Source: Hydrolagus colliei (taxonomy: Eukaryota). Taken from it: a stretch of DNA of 64,000 bases. A model generated the notes under the pieces. It was not told the origin of the DNA. It was given only the letters and a program-made list of their open reading frames with translations, and ran no database searches. Numbering within the stretch: the stretch's first letter is position 1; each line of letters begins with the position of its first letter. The DNA lies in the NCBI GenBank assembly GCA_035084275.1, contig CM068765.1, forward strand, positions 3,596,001-3,660,000, given 5' to 3'. A program made the position numbers and the translations under genes. Shown here piece by piece: positions 60,901 through 64,000 of this stretch.

Positions 60901-63747
60901 GCAAAGGGCAAAATAAGTAACCCAGTCTGGATCTTCCTGTACCTTACCAATGGTTTTGTGAATGGTTTCACTTGTTCAGTCATCATTTATTTCAGTCGAC
61001 TAGGTGTTGGAACGCCAGGGGCATGAAATCAAATGACATCACCAGTTCCAATTGCAGTTTGTTATGGTTTTCAATTTGTCGTGAAGAATGGTAAGATTAT
61101 AGATGGACTTTATTTTCATTTCAGCGGCAACAAGCGTGACTATGGTAAAACGCACTCGATTCACTGGGAACTCCTCCAGCTTCTTTATCAGAATGTTATG
61201 CTCAACTGTGTCAAATGTGGGCTATTAGTTTGGCAAAATGTATGAAAAGAAATCCCGATGTCACACGGTCTTGCGTTTAATTCATTCTGCCAAGCTCGGA
61301 CAATACTTGTCAATGCATCAAAAGGAAAATAATTTGGGCTCATAGGCAAACCGCTGACAATTGTCTCCACCATTTAGTCCATGCAACAGGATTGGTTGGT
61401 ACATTTTCTAGCCGTTTGTGTTAGGCGTTTTGTGATTGTCTTAAGACCATCAGATCCTTAATTAATGCTTTCTTTGATCACTCACTACCAATGCAGACAC
61501 AAACAACTCCTGGCAAGTTGCACGTACATTCAGTATTCAAAGTAACCAGGTTTACATTAAATCGCTCTTGCGAATCAGCCTTAGGGTTAATTAAGATACC
61601 GGTCCCAGTTTATTTTCTGTTCTAAATGCTCTTTTAATGATGTTGTGTTAATAATGGAAATGGATTTTTTTTTAGTATAAAAAGGCTGGAAAATCCAGAC
61701 CTCAAGAGTCATTTAAAATGAAGCCTTCTAAATCAGTGAGATGCAGAATGTATCTCTGGATGCCATCGCTAAGTAAACAGAGGCGTGCGGAGCAAGTAAA
61801 CTTGACCAGACCCGGGAATTGAGTCTTGCGAGGTGAGCGCACTAACCACTAACCATGGCTTTGTAATGTCCTTTTCCAGCCACTCAGTGCATACAACTAC
61901 ATTTACAATGTAGTTGTATGCACTATCATAAGACTATCAGCAGTGTGAGCAGTACTCCGGATTACTGGGGCAGATCAAGTACAGTTGCAGTTGGTTTCAG
62001 TTATCTTTGGAGTTGGGCCAAAAAAGTTGTAAGCGATCTGCATAATCAAATACTGTACCCTGGATTGAAAAAGTTGGTAGAGGAGACCTATGTAAGGGCT
62101 GGATGACCTTAGGTTAATGATGCAGGACAGTTTGTGTTGTGCACAGTATATAACATATAAAAAGTTACCAGCCCAAGGCTTCCTCGTAGGCTAGGAGATA
62201 AAAGCATCAAGTCACAGAGATCTGAAGCAAAGAGATCTGAAGCACATAGATCTGACTCTGAGTTGAATTTGATTATTAATTAGGATGCTACAATTGCACT
62301 GAGAATTTCTGGGTTGGGAGAGGAAAAAAATACATTTAATGTTCAATACTGTAAACGAAGAAACATGCCTGTCACAGAACGCTGCAGGCTACAATAGTTT
62401 GCTCTATCAGACAATCAATACTGAAGGCATTGTATATGATCTGTAATGGTACTCCTTGGAAATGGAATCTATTGCAGGAGCATGTTAGCAAAATACAACA
62501 GGGTATCTATCCTGAAATACTTCCAAATCGTAAGACAACTTAATAAATGTAAAGATGTCGGCTTGGGTCATGCTAAATGTCCTGTCAGAGGTGTCGTCCT
62601 TCCGGTGAGACGTTAAACCAAGGTCTGCCGGCTCAGGTGCATTTTAAACGTTCCGCGGCCCCATTCGAAAAGAGTAGGTTCGTTTCTCCCGGTGTTCTGG
62701 GCAACAAACCTCCCCCCCCACCCCCCCCCCCCCCCCCCCAAATAAAATTGGTCTGTCTTGTTAGCTGCTCGCGGGACATTGCTGTACGCAACTAACTGCC
62801 GTGTTTCACCCACAATCCGCTTTAAACTGCATTCTGCTGAGACGTCTCAACTACAGGACAAGACGCTATAGCAAATGCAAGGATTATTATTATTATTATT
62901 ACTACAACATCAACTGGCTGGGAAATGCCTGTTTTAGGAAGTTTGTTTGGCACGTTACGTGGCACCTGCAGCACACATAACACGCGTGGCTTATAACAAT
63001 AATAATAAGAACAATACAACAACCCTTTACATTTGATCCACCGCCTTATGGCGTCTTCTGGACGCCTCAAAGCGCTTCACAGAATACACTGTAAAGTGAG
63101 ACCCACTGTATCTACGTGGGAGAAACGCGGCAGCCGGCTGCGCACAGCGGCGAGCCTCCAAATCGAAACGACCGATTCATTATTTATTGTGTGTGTGTGT
63201 GTTGTTTTATTATTAGGGCGTGCGGAGTAGGGAAACTTGCCCAGGGTTTGGTTCCCCCTGATATCTGCCTAGAATTGAACCCAGGTCTCTGGCTCTCCAG
63301 CCACTGAGCTCCGACAAAAAAACAAGGAGCGGACTTGGGTGCAAAGCGCAGTCACTTCATGTGTTATATATTTATGACCCGCGGGATTTAACTCACGGTC
63401 TGCGGGTGGTCGACCCAGTTGGCTTCGAACCCGTCAAACGCGTGGCTCCTGACATTCTTGTTTAACTCTTTGATCACCAGGTCCTCCACCCGCAGGAGAA
63501 AGCGGGCCAGACCCGGCGAGTCGGTGGCCGTCGCCCCCGGGCTCGGATCGCAGGGCAGCGACTGCTGCTGCTGCTCTCGTCGTTCGACCTGTTCGGTCTG
63601 CGTACTGATCTCGGCGACGTGCCGTACCTGCGCTGAGGCCTCGGCGCGCCGCACCGGCGCCGTCTGGCAAACTGCGTCACACAGCCGCGGAGCCCGCCTC
63701 CACCGCGACTCCACCGTCACAGCCTCCAGCTGCTCGTCGGTGAACAT
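51991..63747 (-). CDS. DYNC2I2: Dynein-2 intermediate chain 2 / WD repeat protein 34, complete, 507 aa: complement join(63747..63397,60506..60397,59784..59627,58216..58107,55063..54896,53934..53702,53084..52927,52226..51991)
   Basis: The spliced frame is open and contains [76 protein letters not shown] and [19 protein letters not shown]-terminal QT motifs (VCQT, STQT) resemble dynein light-chain binding sites. The gene is convergent with SPTAN1, as in other vertebrates. Confidence 0.96.
53194..53553 (+). mobile_element. Full-length SINE with a nested antisense L2 tail (~53304-53358)
   Basis: Family head, body and tail, interrupted at its internal TAATAAT motif by ACAACAAAACTACATTTGTAGAGCGCCCTTCATGTCGGGAGGACGTCC. 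Confidence 0.88.
55077..55397 (-). mobile_element. Full-length SINE (sense to WDR34), tail ~12 nt before the exon 5 acceptor
   Basis: Reverse complement of the family, ending CTCTAACCACTGAGCTGCAGCTCC. Confidence 0.9.
55745..55870 (-). mobile_element. Penelope-like element terminal-repeat fragment (degenerate second copy ~57240-57390)
   Basis: CAGCAGGTCAGGCAGCATCCATGGAGAAAG..GAGTCAACGTTTCGAGTCC..CCCTTCGTCAGAACTG resembles the repeat end I recall from shark Penelope-like elements, and it contains a hammerhead core on the - strand. Confidence 0.6.
56115..56255 (+). mobile_element. CR1-type LINE 3' fragment
   Basis: ATTAAGGGATGTGGGG...GCAGGCTCGAGGAGCCCAGTGGCCTACTCCTGCTCCTAATTCTTATGTT. Confidence 0.8.
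58885..59025 (-). mobile_element. SINE 3' fragment with a small nested insertion
   Basis: AATAATAATCCTTGCATT...AAAGCGCTTCATACTGTGAAGTGAATTGAC...TGTGGGCGAAA. Confidence 0.7.
62578..62900 (+). mobile_element. Deu-domain SINE (SacSINE1/AmnSINE1-like core) with the same L2-type tail
   Basis: GTCAGAGGTGTCGTCCTTCCGGTGAGACGTTAAACCAAGG...CTCAGGTG...GAAAAGAGTAGG..TTCTCCCGGTGTTCTGGGCAA resembles the DeuSINE central domain. It ends GCAAGGA(TTA)n. Confidence 0.7.
62994..63311 (-). mobile_element. Diverged near full-length SINE, antisense
   Basis: Tail, body and head (…CCACTGAGCT) of the main family. Confidence 0.8.
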
Positions 63748-64000
63748 GGCCGCGGGTTGTGGGGAGGTTGGGGGGGGGTGTAGCTGGGTTCGTTGGTTTT
63801 AGGCAAAAACGGTGGGGAAACAGTTCTGTTCTCTCTGCCACCCCACTCCTCCTCCTCCCCCAACTTCCACACACTCACACTCACACACAGCAAAGATGTT
63901 TTTAAAAAAAGAGCGCCGCATGAGTTCATGTCCATCGCGTCGCCATGACGACCAGCCGTCCAACTGTCACCACCATGCGTCGCCTGACGTCACACCGCAG
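63380..64000 (-). promoter_or_regulatory. CpG island / WDR34 promoter with an X-box-like motif (63939-63952) and a full CRE TGACGTCA (63985-63992)
   Basis: High CpG density over exon 1 and upstream. GTCGCCATGACGAC resembles the RFX X-box GTNRCCATGGYAAC typical of ciliary genes. Confidence 0.7.

Noticed and set aside
63419-63802. Antisense and alternative-frame ORFs over WDR34 exon 1
   Set aside because: Expected from stop-codon depletion in a GC-rich island.

Overview
Vertebrate genomic DNA. The repeat content and compact introns suggest a cartilaginous fish, probably a chimaera (inference). It holds the syntenic block GLE1 (last three coding exons, +), a complete SPTAN1/alpha-II spectrin gene (+), and a complete convergent DYNC2I2/WDR34 gene (-). 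By my manual splicing, SPTAN1 has 57 coding exons giving 2480 aa, plus an optional 63-nt cardiac-type exon; WDR34 has 8 coding exons giving 507 aa. SPTAN1 exons are numbered as in human, with exon 2 split into 2a and 2b. Introns carry many tRNA-derived SINEs with L2-type tails, L2 and CR1 3' fragments, two Tc1/pogo-type MITEs, a Deu-domain SINE and Penelope-like ends. Most ORFs in the supplied track are exon fragments or noise. I see no wholly new gene system. The most interesting signals are: (1) retroposon tails repeatedly sitting at splice junctions, twice apparently displacing and rebuilding a 3' splice site; (2) an extra SPTAN1 intron that mirrors an intron in a paralogous spectrin repeat; (3) a different microexon where human has the calpain/Src Y1176 site; (4) a minimal hammerhead motif in a WDR34 intron. 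Comparisons to human are from memory and were not checked against a database.
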